Part shown: piece by piece, positions 7,604 through 15,210 of the stretch
How the letters are laid out: each line of letters begins with the position of its first letter
How positions within the stretch are numbered: the stretch's first letter is position 1
IMG/VR virus record: IMGVR_UViG_3300021405_000008
Length of the DNA: 33,988 nucleotides
Origin: a virus
Lineage: Duplodnaviria; Heunggongvirae; Uroviricota; Caudoviricetes
Strand: one strand, 5' to 3'
Notes under the pieces: generated by a model
What the model was told of the DNA's origin: nothing
Databases searched by the model: none
The model's input: the letters and a program-made list of their open reading frames with translations, nothing else
Program-made: the position numbers and the translations under genes

Positions 7604-8806
7604 TTACTCGTCTGGGGTGCCTAGCTCGTCGTCGATGGGGTCTTCCTCCTCTGGCTCCTCAGGCCAGAGCCTTGCCGTGATGTCTTCTGCCTGTTCTTTG
7701 ATTGGCTTCGTGTCCCGGCCCTTGCCATTCCACTTCTCGCCGGTGAATCTTTGCCCTCTGTGCTGGCGTGTGGTGCCGAGGGCTCTCGTGAGGGACTGGA
7801 GCAGGAACTCCTCTGACCAGTCCTCGTAGATGTCGCGCTCGGGCAGGTTGCTGATGAGGTCGATCGTGTAGAGGAATGCGAGCGGCTCTGCTGTGGGGTC
7901 GGCTTCTTTGTTATTTTCGTCCTGCTCCTGGATGATGCTATGCGCGTCCAGCACGATCTGCTGATTGATGGTAGGCTTGGCTCTGCCGGCGTCGAGGCCG
8001 AGGGTGAGGAATGCATCCATGAAGAGCTTCGGCCACTTGCCTCCAGCCGCGAAGGCGATGCCTGCAAGCGGACCCCAGATCTGCCTGCGTCGGGATGTCA
8101 TCTTCGGGTGAATCCGGCGGGTATTGTTCTTGCCGAACCAGACGAGATAGGCGTGGTTGCTCATCACCCACTCGTGCAATTGCTCTTGGTAGGCGTTGCC
8201 GGTCGCCCAGACACTGTCGTCGAGCGTATCCCACTTTTCGACGCTGTCTGGCTTGTGAGCCATCTCGATCCGGATGCCCCGGTCCATCATGTCTGTGGGC
8301 ACGCAGTCCCCGATACCCGCAAACCAGGCGACGCCGTAGGAACTGACGATGGTTAGGGCCCGGGCTACGCTGAATGAGAGTGTTGCGCGCCGCCGGTAGC
8401 CCTCCACGCCGACCTTGTAGAGTTCTAGGCCCTTGCCCAGCATGCCGGTCTCGCCAAAGTAGCGCTGGGACTCGTCGCAGAAGAGCGTGTGCTCGCCCTC
8501 GGTGTTGTAGAATGCCCGGATGCCGGCGTTCGTGCTATTGGACATCCAGCCGTTGTTGGATAGCATCAGCCCGACGTCCATCACGGTGGATTTGCCTGAC
8601 TGCTTCTTGCCGGTAACGATGATGCGCGGGACGGAGCCTGTGGCTCTCGGGTCGTGGCTGAGGGCGGATGCGAGCACGACTACGGTCTGCTGCTCGCGGG
8701 TGAGGTAGAGGCAGTTGCCGGCGAACACGTCGATCTCATCGAGTGTCGTGGAGTCGCCGAGGTTGCTCTCTTTTTCTATGTCTTCGGGTGGCGGTGCTGG
8801 TACCAT
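7604..8806 (-). CDS. DUF3631-like P-loop NTPase (putative replication-associated protein)
   Basis: PRIIVTGKKQSGKST Walker A, TLFCDE Walker B, FAGIG...P...DRGIRIEM, RRRQIWGPLAGIA...GGKWP motifs recalled as typical of DUF3631 proteins; start moved to ATG 8806 after GAGGAGG. Confidence 0.75.
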   Translation of the reverse strand: MVPAPPPEDIEKESNLGDSTTLDEIDVFAGNCLYLTREQQTVVVLASALSHDPRATGSVPRIIVTGKKQSGKSTVMDVGLMLSNNGWMSNSTNAGIRAFYNTEGEHTLFCDESQRYFGETGMLGKGLELYKVGVEGYRRRATLSFSVARALTIVSSYGVAWFAGIGDCVPTDMMDRGIRIEMAHKPDSVEKWDTLDDSVWATGNAYQEQLHEWVMSNHAYLVWFGKNNTRRIHPKMTSRRRQIWGPLAGIAFAAGGKWPKLFMDAFLTLGLDAGRAKPTINQQIVLDAHSIIQEQDENNKEADPTAEPLAFLYTIDLISNLPERDIYEDWSEEFLLQSLTRALGTTRQHRGQRFTGEKWNGKGRDTKPIKEQAEDITARLWPEEPEEEDPIDDELGTPDE

Positions 8807-8857
8807 CTCGTGCTTCCCTCCTCTGGGATGCAATGCTTGCTTGAGCTTGTGCTTGTG

Positions 8858-9025
8858 CTACTCGACGACGAGGATGAAGTCTGCGTCGGTGCAGTGATCT
8901 GTGCCGTCGATGACCTCGATCACGCTGTAGCCGTATTCCTTGGCCTGTGTGGTGGCTTCCTCGTCGGACTGGGCCTGGATCGTTGCGCCGAAGATGCCGT
9001 TGCGCGTCATTGTCTCGTATTCCAT
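8858..9025 (-). CDS. hypothetical protein (55 aa)
   Basis: start reassigned to ATG 9025 just after upstream stop. Confidence 0.65.
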   Translation of the reverse strand: MEYETMTRNGIFGATIQAQSDEEATTQAKEYGYSVIEVIDGTDHCTDADFILVVE

Positions 9026-9026
9026 G

Positions 9027-9335
9027 TTATTTGTATCCCCATGTCCCGTGGTACTCGAAGCGCCCGGACGATGTGTTGAATGCGACGCCTTCCTCGTCAT
9101 CAATGTCATAGTCTTTGTCTATGTCCTCGTCGTCTGCCTCCTCATCCTCGTCGTCTGTGTCCTCGTCCTCGTCGTAGTCTTTGTCGTCGGCTTCGCAGAT
9201 GCCGTTCTCGTGGTCGCACATGAGGTGCGGGTCATTGGCCCATTCGGCTGATGTCTTGAAGCCGAATGCCTCGGGGTCGCAGGGATCTTGCTCGGTATGC
9301 CCGCAGCAGGGGTAGTCCTCGCAGCGCTTTGCCAT
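9027..9335 (-). CDS. Cys-rich N-terminus plus poly-acidic tract protein (102 aa)
   Basis: RCEDYPCCGH...C...C...C then D/E-rich run; AAAGGAAG RBS. Confidence 0.75.
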   Translation of the reverse strand: MAKRCEDYPCCGHTEQDPCDPEAFGFKTSAEWANDPHLMCDHENGICEADDKDYDEDEDTDDEDEEADDEDIDKDYDIDDEEGVAFNTSSGRFEYHGTWGYK

Positions 9336-9397
9336 TTCTGGGCTTCCTTTCGTTCTTCTGGTAGTACTATTCTACTCTTTTCGGGGACGCAAAGATA

Positions 9398-9423
9398 GCC
9401 CCCGGCCTGAGATCGCCGGGGGC
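9398..9423 (-). terminator. GC hairpin between 9468-10340 and 9027-9335
   Basis: GCCCCCGGC-8 nt-GCCGGGGGC perfect 9-bp stem. Confidence 0.6.
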
Positions 9424-9467
9424 CTGTCCTTGGTTGCTTCCCTTGGTTGGGGATGCTGGTTGCTTTG

Positions 9468-10340
9468 TTATGCCGCGTCCTCGTCTGTGTCGGTCTCTTC
9501 GTCCTCTTCGTCTGTGGTCTCGGTTGTCTCTGCGGTGTTGCTGGCTGTGGTTACCTCGCGCCAGTCGGAGCGGTCGGGGATGGGCATGCCGGAGTCGACC
9601 CAGCGCTGGCGGTCGGCGGGGTAGTGGTGGCACCAGGCAGATGCGATCTTGTCGATCTGCTCGTTGGTCAGGTTGGACAGGATGAACCTTTGTTCCTGTG
9701 TTTCTTTCGTGGTGTCGGTGAGGTTCGTGTCTTTCAGTGTGGTGAGTTCCCTGGCCATCGCCTCGATCATGCGGGCCGCGAGGAGACGGCGGGCATCGCG
9801 GTTGCCCTGGCCCTTGGCCTTGTTTGATTTGCCTTGTTCGAACCCGGGGACCTTGCCGAGGCAGCGCGAGTGGAAGTGGGTGGCGTTGTAGTAGTGGTGC
9901 TCATTGAGGAAGCTGTCCGGGACTAGTGACAGGTCCTCACGCTGTGCTTCGGTGAGGTCGTCCTGCTCGCGGAGCTGGTCATCCCAGAGCTGGATCACTG
10001 CATCGTGGGCGTCGGTGGCGACGAGCGTGGCGGGCTTCTGGTAGTCGGACTTGCCGGCCTTGATGTCTCTCGCGGGCTGCGGGCAGGTAGCGCTGTGCAC
10101 CTGGAAGTCCCCGTTGGTGAGGATGTACCGCAGCTCGGTGCCGTCGACCTCAATATCGTGCTGGGGGAGTGTGCTGGGCGTGATCTTGCCTGTCTTGGCG
10201 TTGGTTCGTGTCTTGATGTTGAGCTCGCTGGGGGCGTTGGACAGCTCGCAGACGGGGCAGGTCAGGGTGGGCGGGGTGGTGGAGTTGTCCACGTTCCAGG
10301 GCTTGCCCTGGCCCTCGCAGCTAATGGTCGTTGTGGCCAT
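9468..10340 (-). CDS. hypothetical protein (290 aa), N-terminal CxxxG...CPVC, C-terminal domain paralogous to 15653-16066
   Basis: long ORF, GGAAGAGGAA RBS, strong GC3. Confidence 0.85.
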   Translation of the reverse strand: MATTTISCEGQGKPWNVDNSTTPPTLTCPVCELSNAPSELNIKTRTNAKTGKITPSTLPQHDIEVDGTELRYILTNGDFQVHSATCPQPARDIKAGKSDYQKPATLVATDAHDAVIQLWDDQLREQDDLTEAQREDLSLVPDSFLNEHHYYNATHFHSRCLGKVPGFEQGKSNKAKGQGNRDARRLLAARMIEAMARELTTLKDTNLTDTTKETQEQRFILSNLTNEQIDKIASAWCHHYPADRQRWVDSGMPIPDRSDWREVTTASNTAETTETTDEEDEETDTDEDAA

Positions 10341-10446
10341 GGTCGTGTTCCTCTTCCTGTGGGGGTTTGTCCTGTGTTGTTAGTCTGTGGGGTCTTCTTA
10401 TTGCTGCTTCTAGCCTACTCCATTACCTTTGTGGGATCTAGTCTTT

Positions 10447-11079
10447 CTATGATTCTCTTTCGAGGTAGCCTGTGTAGCTCTCTGGATCGGCGAGGTACTC
10501 CTGCATGTGCTTCTCCTGAATCCAGACCTGGTGGTCCGGGATGAAGATCAGGTCATCGTCATCGAGGAATTCCTCTGTTGTGTCTTGCTGCTCTTGTGCT
10601 TTGTTTCTCTTGTTATTTTCCTTGGTTCTGTAGTGGGCGGGCCTGGGGGCTTGTGGGTCGTTGGCGTTGTCTTGCTGGTCTCCCGGGAACTCTCGGACCC
10701 ACTCCCAGTACTGGACGCCTAGGATGCCTTTGGTTCTGTGGGGCTTTGATGTGATGCCGAGTTCCCGGCGGATGATTGAGAGGTATGATGCCTTGGCTGT
10801 TGTGCCAGGCGTGTTGATAATGAAGTCCTTGACGTACTGGGCTGGGTGAATAGTGCCCACCGTGGGGAAAAGCTCTAGCAGGATCTCTTTGGTCTTGGTT
10901 CTGATCTGGGATAGGTCCTCGTTGACTGCGAGCTTGTCCCAGTTTATCTTGGCCACAGGCATTACTACTGCATGATAGCCGTAGCGATCCTTGAGTGTTG
11001 TGATGTCGGCTTCTGCTTCTTCGACGTCACTGTAGGTCCCGTATGCTTTCCCGTCTGAGATAACAATGTAGATCGGCAT
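10447..11079 (-). CDS. putative DNA-binding protein (winged-helix-like segment), next to origin-like region
   Basis: IIRRELGITSK...WEW resembles wHTH tails of phage replication ATPases (recalled, not searched); ATG 11079 preferred because upstream ATG 11130 lies in the inverted repeat. Confidence 0.6.
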   Translation of the reverse strand: MPIYIVISDGKAYGTYSDVEEAEADITTLKDRYGYHAVVMPVAKINWDKLAVNEDLSQIRTKTKEILLELFPTVGTIHPAQYVKDFIINTPGTTAKASYLSIIRRELGITSKPHRTKGILGVQYWEWVREFPGDQQDNANDPQAPRPAHYRTKENNKRNKAQEQQDTTEEFLDDDDLIFIPDHQVWIQEKHMQEYLADPESYTGYLERES

Positions 11080-11114
11080 AGATCGAGTATACCCGATAAT
11101 ACGAGCGCTTAGAA

Positions 11115-11170
11115 CCCGCATAGAACCCATAGAACCGTTGAATTTCAGGGTTATGTGTAAGAAACTACCG
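11115..11170. repeat. left arm of 56-bp imperfect inverted repeat
   Basis: reverse complement matches 11563-11618 with 3 substitutions and 2 single-base indels; first 20 nt identical. Confidence 0.9.
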
Positions 11171-11562
11171 TATCTCCCCGCTCTACCCTCCTGTTAATTA
11201 TTATTATTGAAAATGCAGTATTTACATTTATCCTAGTAGTCTATAATATCATATTTTAGAAACGGTAGTTTCTAGGGAAGAAACGGTAGTGCCGGTAGTT
11301 TCAAACGATTTCTCCGACTGCACAGCGGTTCTAGAAATTCTAGCTACATCAGTGAATTATTGATTTTCATTGCAGTAAATACTATATTCATTACATTTGA
11401 TAATGCAGTATTTCTAGAAACGGTACCCCCGGCCTGCACACCCCTAGAAACGGTAGTCCGATTTTTCCGATTTTCTGGGTGCACAGTTATCTGCATATAT
11501 GCGTCTACCTGCGGCAATACTCTGAGTACACTGTAAAATTCAGGGGGTTTAGAAACGGTAGC
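11171..11562. other. AT-rich non-coding region with GAAACGGTA(G/C) iterons; candidate replication origin
   Basis: GAAACGGTA[GC] at 11259, 11280, 11417, 11447, 11552; CGGTAGTTTC at 11263, 11293, 11563 and inverted at 11161; visibly AT-rich versus flanks. Confidence 0.6.
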
Positions 11563-11618
11563 CGGTAGTTTCTTACACATAAGCCCTAAAATTAACGTTT
11601 CTATGGATTCTATGCGGG
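11563..11618. repeat. right arm of 56-bp imperfect inverted repeat
   Basis: see left arm 11115-11170. Confidence 0.9.
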
Positions 11619-11668
11619 ATCTATGGGTCAATATGGTAATCTATGTGGATTTTCATGTTATTACACGC

Positions 11669-11705
11669 AAAAAGGCCCTAAATCGCAGTGATTTAGGGCC
11701 TTTTT
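11669..11705. terminator. bidirectional rho-independent terminator
   Basis: AAAAAGGCCCTAAATC-GCAGT-GATTTAGGGCCTTTTT perfect 16-bp IR with A/T tails, downstream of 11736-11891. Confidence 0.9.
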
Positions 11706-11735
11706 GGCGGTATTTTGGGCTATTTCAGTGGTATT

Positions 11736-11891
11736 TCACACGTTCCGGGCGCGTAGGAACTGTATAAATCTCGCCATTTCCTGCTCTCGGAAGTGCTGCA
11801 AGCGGAAAATTGCCTTGGGACGGGTGTCGACCGGCAGTGAATTGATGTAATCCTGCTCCTCGGGCGACATATGCGGTGCGTCGATCAGCAT
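11736..11891 (-). CDS. hypothetical protein (51 aa, MLIDAPHMSPEEQDYINSLP...)
   Basis: manually translated; starts within stop region of 11885-12124; protein-like, unlike track ORF 11725-12108. Confidence 0.6.
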   Translation of the reverse strand: MLIDAPHMSPEEQDYINSLPVDTRPKAIFRLQHFREQEMARFIQFLRARNV

Positions 11892-12124
11892 AACTCGAAG
11901 CACATGCAGTCGCGGCCATCGAAGTCTGCGCCGCAGTGGCAGCCTCGGTTGCGGAGTGGGGTGTACTCGCTGGGGACACCCAGGTGAGTGTCTGGGTCAT
12001 CGCAGTCGAACGGCGCGCAGATCTTGCAGTCCATGCTGAGTTCCTGCTCGCCATCACCTGACTCCAGCAGCGCGCGGTTGTAGTTCTCTTCTGCGAAGTC
12101 GCGCTCATCGTCGTTGTTTGCCAT
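11885..12124 (-). CDS. Cys-rich small protein (79 aa)
   Basis: CAGAGGAGAAG RBS; CKIC...C, CHC...CMC...C. Confidence 0.75.
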   Translation of the reverse strand: MANNDDERDFAEENYNRALLESGDGEQELSMDCKICAPFDCDDPDTHLGVPSEYTPLRNRGCHCGADFDGRDCMCFELC

Positions 12125-12146
12125 GTCTTCTCCTCTGGGAAAGTGC

Positions 12147-12193
12147 AGCGGTACTGAGTACCGTTTTCGTTCGAATTAGGGCTCCTACCTGCG
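12147..12193 (-). promoter_or_regulatory. operator-like palindrome CGGTACT-G-AGTACCG plus bipartite promoter-like motif, copy 1
   Basis: 29 nt identical to 12973-13001, then CCTACCTGCG at same spacing. Confidence 0.75.
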
Positions 12194-12212
12194 GTAACAT
12201 GGATTCTGCAGT

Positions 12213-12281
12213 CTGAGTTGCCCGGCCGAGTTCTGCGAAAAATCGTATACGATCCGGCGCAGAACCGGCCTAGCAGATCAG
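12213..12281. repeat. intergenic hairpin, GCCCGG-core family
   Basis: begins CTGAGTTGCCCGG (identical to 14989 and 15151); GTTCTGCG/CGCAGAAC inner stem; overlaps TGA stop of 12278-12592. Confidence 0.8.
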
Positions 12282-12592
12282 CTACTCGGGTCTACGGTCA
12301 TTTCGCAGTGAAAGCCGACCGGGGCTGGCCTCCAGACGTCGATCTCTGTGTGACCGAGTTCATCGACGTGCTCGAAGATGCTCCAGTAGCGCGAGTCGTC
12401 GCCAAGATTCACATACTTGCCGTTCGCGCTGAGCTCTCCATTCCAGTTTATCCGGAGCAGAACTGCGCCGGGGCCGAGAACACGCTCGATCAGCAGCTCG
12501 GTGTGGACCTTGTCATTGTCCTCGGTGCCGGGATCGGTGCTGGTGACGGTGATTTCGATCGGCTCGGTCAGAATCCAGTCCTGGAATTCCAT
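12278..12592 (-). CDS. hypothetical protein, paralog family A
   Basis: GGAGGAGAA RBS; WILTEPIEIT...LLIERV...NGELSANG motif. Confidence 0.8.
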   Translation of the reverse strand: MEFQDWILTEPIEITVTSTDPGTEDNDKVHTELLIERVLGPGAVLLRINWNGELSANGKYVNLGDDSRYWSIFEHVDELGHTEIDVWRPAPVGFHCEMTVDPSS

Positions 12593-12610
12593 TTTCTCCT
12601 CCGGTTCTGT

Positions 12611-12652
12611 GGCCCGGGGCGGGCCGCTAGGCCAATTCTACCGCGTCCGGCC
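12611..12652. repeat. intergenic hairpin, GCCCGG-core family (weak)
   Basis: GGCCCGG/TCCGGCC with C-C mismatch; loop contains CCAATTCTACC also in loop at 13868. Confidence 0.55.
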
Positions 12653-12660
12653 GCTGAAAG

Positions 12661-12954
12661 CTAGGCCCGGTAGATGGTTGCGGCGAACTGCGCGCCGTAC
12701 TTGCTGATGATGGCATTGTGTACCAGCATCTCGTCCAGCGTCATGTCACTGGCGATGAAGCCTGCCCAGCCACCCTCGAAGTTCCTGTGGACCAGGATCA
12801 TGGCCGTGGTGTCGGCGATGTCCGCAGGCACCTCGTCTGTGCAGTCATAGATGAAGCCGCGCGCCTCGTTCATGAGATCACGCAGCATCGCGTCCGTGTC
12901 TGCGGGCTTCGGCGTGTTGAAAATCTGGCCGTGGTAGCCACGCTCGTCGTCCAT
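12661..12954 (-). CDS. hypothetical protein (97 aa)
   Basis: GGAGGAGGAG RBS. Confidence 0.8.
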   Translation of the reverse strand: MDDERGYHGQIFNTPKPADTDAMLRDLMNEARGFIYDCTDEVPADIADTTAMILVHRNFEGGWAGFIASDMTLDEMLVHNAIISKYGAQFAATIYRA

Positions 12955-12972
12955 TTCTCCTCCTCCGGGTTG

Positions 12973-13019
12973 AGCGGTACTGAGTACCGTTTTCGTTCGA
13001 AAAACGCTTCCTACCTGCG
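12973..13019 (-). promoter_or_regulatory. operator-like palindrome plus bipartite promoter-like motif, copy 2
   Basis: 29 nt identical to 12147-12175. Confidence 0.75.
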
Positions 13020-13085
13020 AGGTTACCTCTCAGGTAACTAGTTAGCTAGGTTAACGAATGGGGGCTTGCACTGCCCGGGCACTGT

Positions 13086-13105
13086 CCGCTAGATATATCT
13101 AGCGG
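13086..13105. promoter_or_regulatory. perfect 20-bp palindrome CCGCTAGATATATCTAGCGG
   Basis: read directly; intergenic. Confidence 0.6.
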
Positions 13106-13129
13106 CCAGCACCCCCGGCGGAACAGACC

Positions 13130-13564
13130 TCAGTGCGCGTCGTGATAGAGGCAGAAGCTGTCTCCTGTGCAGCCCTCGACTGCGGCGTCCGCCTGCTGAT
13201 CGGACCAGACGTCGACGCAGGATGCCAGAGTGCTGTTGGTGATGGCCTCCTCCAACGTCGCGGCCTGGTGGGGCTGGGTGTTACCAGGACCCCAGACGCT
13301 GAGCGCGCCCCGGATCTTGTCCGGTGACCAGCATTCAACGATGACGTCCCAGCCGCCACAGTCGTAGTGCCCGCTCGCGTAGCCGCGAATTTGCTCGACT
13401 AGCGGCATATTACCGAGCGCGATATCGTGCAGGATATGTCCCGGCCAGCCATCCCGGAGCTTATCTGCGCGGGCGGGCTCCAGTAGTAGGAAGATCTGGC
13501 CGCTGTAGTCGACGGGCACTTCATTGCCCTTGGCGTCTGTGAATAGGTACCAGCTCACTTGCAT
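13130..13564 (-). CDS. hypothetical protein (144 aa)
   Basis: start reassigned to ATG 13564 after CAGAGGAGAAG RBS; HYDCGGWDVIVECWS motif. Confidence 0.8.
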   Translation of the reverse strand: MQVSWYLFTDAKGNEVPVDYSGQIFLLLEPARADKLRDGWPGHILHDIALGNMPLVEQIRGYASGHYDCGGWDVIVECWSPDKIRGALSVWGPGNTQPHQAATLEEAITNSTLASCVDVWSDQQADAAVEGCTGDSFCLYHDAH

Positions 13565-13599
13565 TTTCTTCTCCTCTGTATTTTCGATCGGATACGCTC

Positions 13600-13625
13600 C
13601 GTTCGAATTAGGTCTTTGACCTGCG
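13600..13625 (-). promoter_or_regulatory. bipartite promoter-like motif, copy 3 (no operator palindrome)
   Basis: CGTTCGAA-N11-ACCTGCG, same spacing as copies 1 and 2. Confidence 0.65.
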
Positions 13626-13823
13626 CTAACATCCGCAGGTTTTGGCGATTGACCGGGCCTCGTAGCAGTCCGGGCAAACGTTCTTCCGGCTGCGCTGCGC
13701 GCCCTTATAGCCGGGCGCGAACTTCTCGTCCGCAATCCGATCGAGCACAGACGGCGGCGGGCAAGGCCGCTTTTCGTCGTCCTGCGACCTTACGATCTTG
13801 CTATACGTATCGTTTACGTACAT
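13626..13823 (-). CDS. small protein with C-terminal CxxC...CxC (65 aa)
   Basis: start reassigned to ATG 13823 after CAGGAG RBS. Confidence 0.7.
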   Translation of the reverse strand: MYVNDTYSKIVRSQDDEKRPCPPPSVLDRIADEKFAPGYKGAQRSRKNVCPDCYEARSIAKTCGC

Positions 13824-13837
13824 TTTTCGCTCCTGCG

Positions 13838-13897
13838 GACTCCGAGGCCCGGTCGGCCCCTTCAATTCCAATTCTACCCGACCGGGCTGCTGGAGTC
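13838..13897. repeat. intergenic hairpin, GCCCGG-core family
   Basis: GACTCC/GGAGTC outer and GCCCGGTCGG/CCGACCGGGC inner stems; abuts TAG of 13897-14100. Confidence 0.8.
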
Positions 13898-14100
13898 TAG
13901 CCCTTCCTTGCAATGCGGATGGTCATAAAGTCAACGTCCACGACCGAGTAGATCAGGTTGGTCTTGCGTGGCTCGTTGGCCTTGATGGTCGATTCCGGGT
14001 ACCACCCACACTCAGCAGGCCTAGTCCGGAATACGCAGCCGTCACGCCACTCTGTGATGTAGAACAGCTGCCTGTACAGTTCGTACTTCTGCTTTACCAC
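13897..14100 (-). CDS. hypothetical protein (67 aa)
   Basis: GTG 14100 after GAGGAGGAGAA RBS. Confidence 0.7.
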   Translation of the reverse strand: MVKQKYELYRQLFYITEWRDGCVFRTRPAECGWYPESTIKANEPRKTNLIYSVVDVDFMTIRIARKG

Positions 14101-14118
14101 ATTCTCCTCCTCTGTGGG

Positions 14119-14174
14119 CTGATACCGCCCGGCCAGCCTCCAGTCACACTCTGGAGACCAGCCCGGTGATTCAG
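14119..14174. repeat. intergenic hairpin, core copy 1
   Basis: about 24-bp stem, loop TCACACT; includes TGA stop of 14171-14350. Confidence 0.9.
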
Positions 14175-14350
14175 TCCTCCGGGTAGCGCGCGTCCCTCTG
14201 GTCCATGACCAGTTCGGCCTGGTTGTCGTTGAGCTGATCATATGGCTTGCCGAATAGCTCCTGTGCGATCTCGTCCATGTGGCGCTCGGCCTGCTCATCG
14301 CGCATGCGCTGGCCGTCAGCCTCATAGTCTGACCAGTCTAGGTCCCTCAC
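14171..14350 (-). CDS. hypothetical acidic protein (59 aa, MRDLDWSDYEADGQRM...)
   Basis: manually translated; GTGA overlap. Confidence 0.7.
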   Translation of the reverse strand: MRDLDWSDYEADGQRMRDEQAERHMDEIAQELFGKPYDQLNDNQAELVMDQRDARYPED

Positions 14351-14508
14351 TTCTGCTCCATCCTGATGTCGTCGTTGCGGATGAGCTCCAGCTCCTGGGC
14401 GTCCACGACTCGGACGCCCAGCTCAATGAGCTCACCCCTGTAGTGTAGGTCGGTCGGGTTGGCCAGCCAGGCCGCCCGCTGCTCGCTGAGGATCGGGTCG
14501 ATTATCAT
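14347..14508 (-). CDS. hypothetical protein (53 aa, MIIDPILSEQRAAWLANP...)
   Basis: manually translated; ATGA overlap. Confidence 0.7.
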   Translation of the reverse strand: MIIDPILSEQRAAWLANPTDLHYRGELIELGVRVVDAQELELIRNDDIRMEQK

Positions 14509-14969
14509 GACAGACCGCGCTCCAGCAGGTACATCTTCACGATGTCCGTGATGTCCCCGCCGTCCGCGTGCTCCAGCAGGAATCGTCCGATCTGCAGGAA
14601 TGCTCTGACGTCTGCGCCGTCATCCGGCTTGTTCCACGGCGGGAAGATGTATGAAGTCCCGCCGCCCACAGAGCACACGATCTGCGCGGTGCCCGTGTTG
14701 TAGAGGTAAGCCGAGGCACCCTCACGCAGCTCATGCTCGGGGTGCCCGGCCGCCTTGGCCTCGGCAGCGTTGACTGCGAACCGCCGGAGTACGTACCGCA
14801 CGCAGGTCCGGTCGTACAGCACGTCGTCGCTGTGGCGCTTGCTGAGGTCTGGCTCGATCACGTAGCGGTACACGATTGGCGTGTCAAGCATGCGCTGCCT
14901 CTTGGCCGCATGCTCCGCCTGCCGTGCCGCCCTGAGCTGAGACTCCAGCCACTCGATTGAGTTCTCCAT
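14505..14969 (-). CDS. hypothetical protein (154 aa)
   Basis: GAGGAGGAGAA RBS. Confidence 0.85.
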   Translation of the reverse strand: MENSIEWLESQLRAARQAEHAAKRQRMLDTPIVYRYVIEPDLSKRHSDDVLYDRTCVRYVLRRFAVNAAEAKAAGHPEHELREGASAYLYNTGTAQIVCSVGGGTSYIFPPWNKPDDGADVRAFLQIGRFLLEHADGGDITDIVKMYLLERGLS

Positions 14970-14988
14970 TATTCTCCTCCTCTTTGGG

Positions 14989-15043
14989 CTGAGTTGCCCG
15001 GTCGGAACACAGTCACACTCTGTGCTCCAGCCCGGTGACTCAG
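14989..15043. repeat. intergenic hairpin, core copy 2
   Basis: 24-bp stem, loop TCACACT; includes TGA stop of 15040-15132. Confidence 0.9.
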
Positions 15044-15132
15044 ATGCCGGTGTTCCGGAAGTAGCCGATGAAGAATCCGACGACCAGGACTATCACCGTG
15101 ATCGATGTTGTGTCCAGCAGCAATGTCTTCAT
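15040..15132 (-). CDS. small single-TM membrane peptide (30 aa, MKTLLLDTTSITVIVLVVGFFIGYFRNTGI)
   Basis: manually translated; GAGGAGGAGAA RBS; sits alone between two hairpins. Confidence 0.7.
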   Translation of the reverse strand: MKTLLLDTTSITVIVLVVGFFIGYFRNTGI

Positions 15133-15150
15133 TTTCTCCTCCTCTGTGGG

Positions 15151-15210
15151 CTGAGTTGCCCGGGCCAGGCAGGAGCAGTCGTGAACTCCTGCCTCGCCCC
15201 GGTGACTCAG
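15151..15210. repeat. intergenic hairpin, core copy 3
   Basis: 25-bp stem with AGGCAGGAG/CTCCTGCCT inner arms; includes TGA stop of 15207-15380. Confidence 0.9.

Noticed and set aside
11344-11631. 95-aa minus-strand ORF in the AT-rich region
   Set aside because: Runs through iterons and an IR arm, lacks an RBS and has atypical codon usage; probably spurious.
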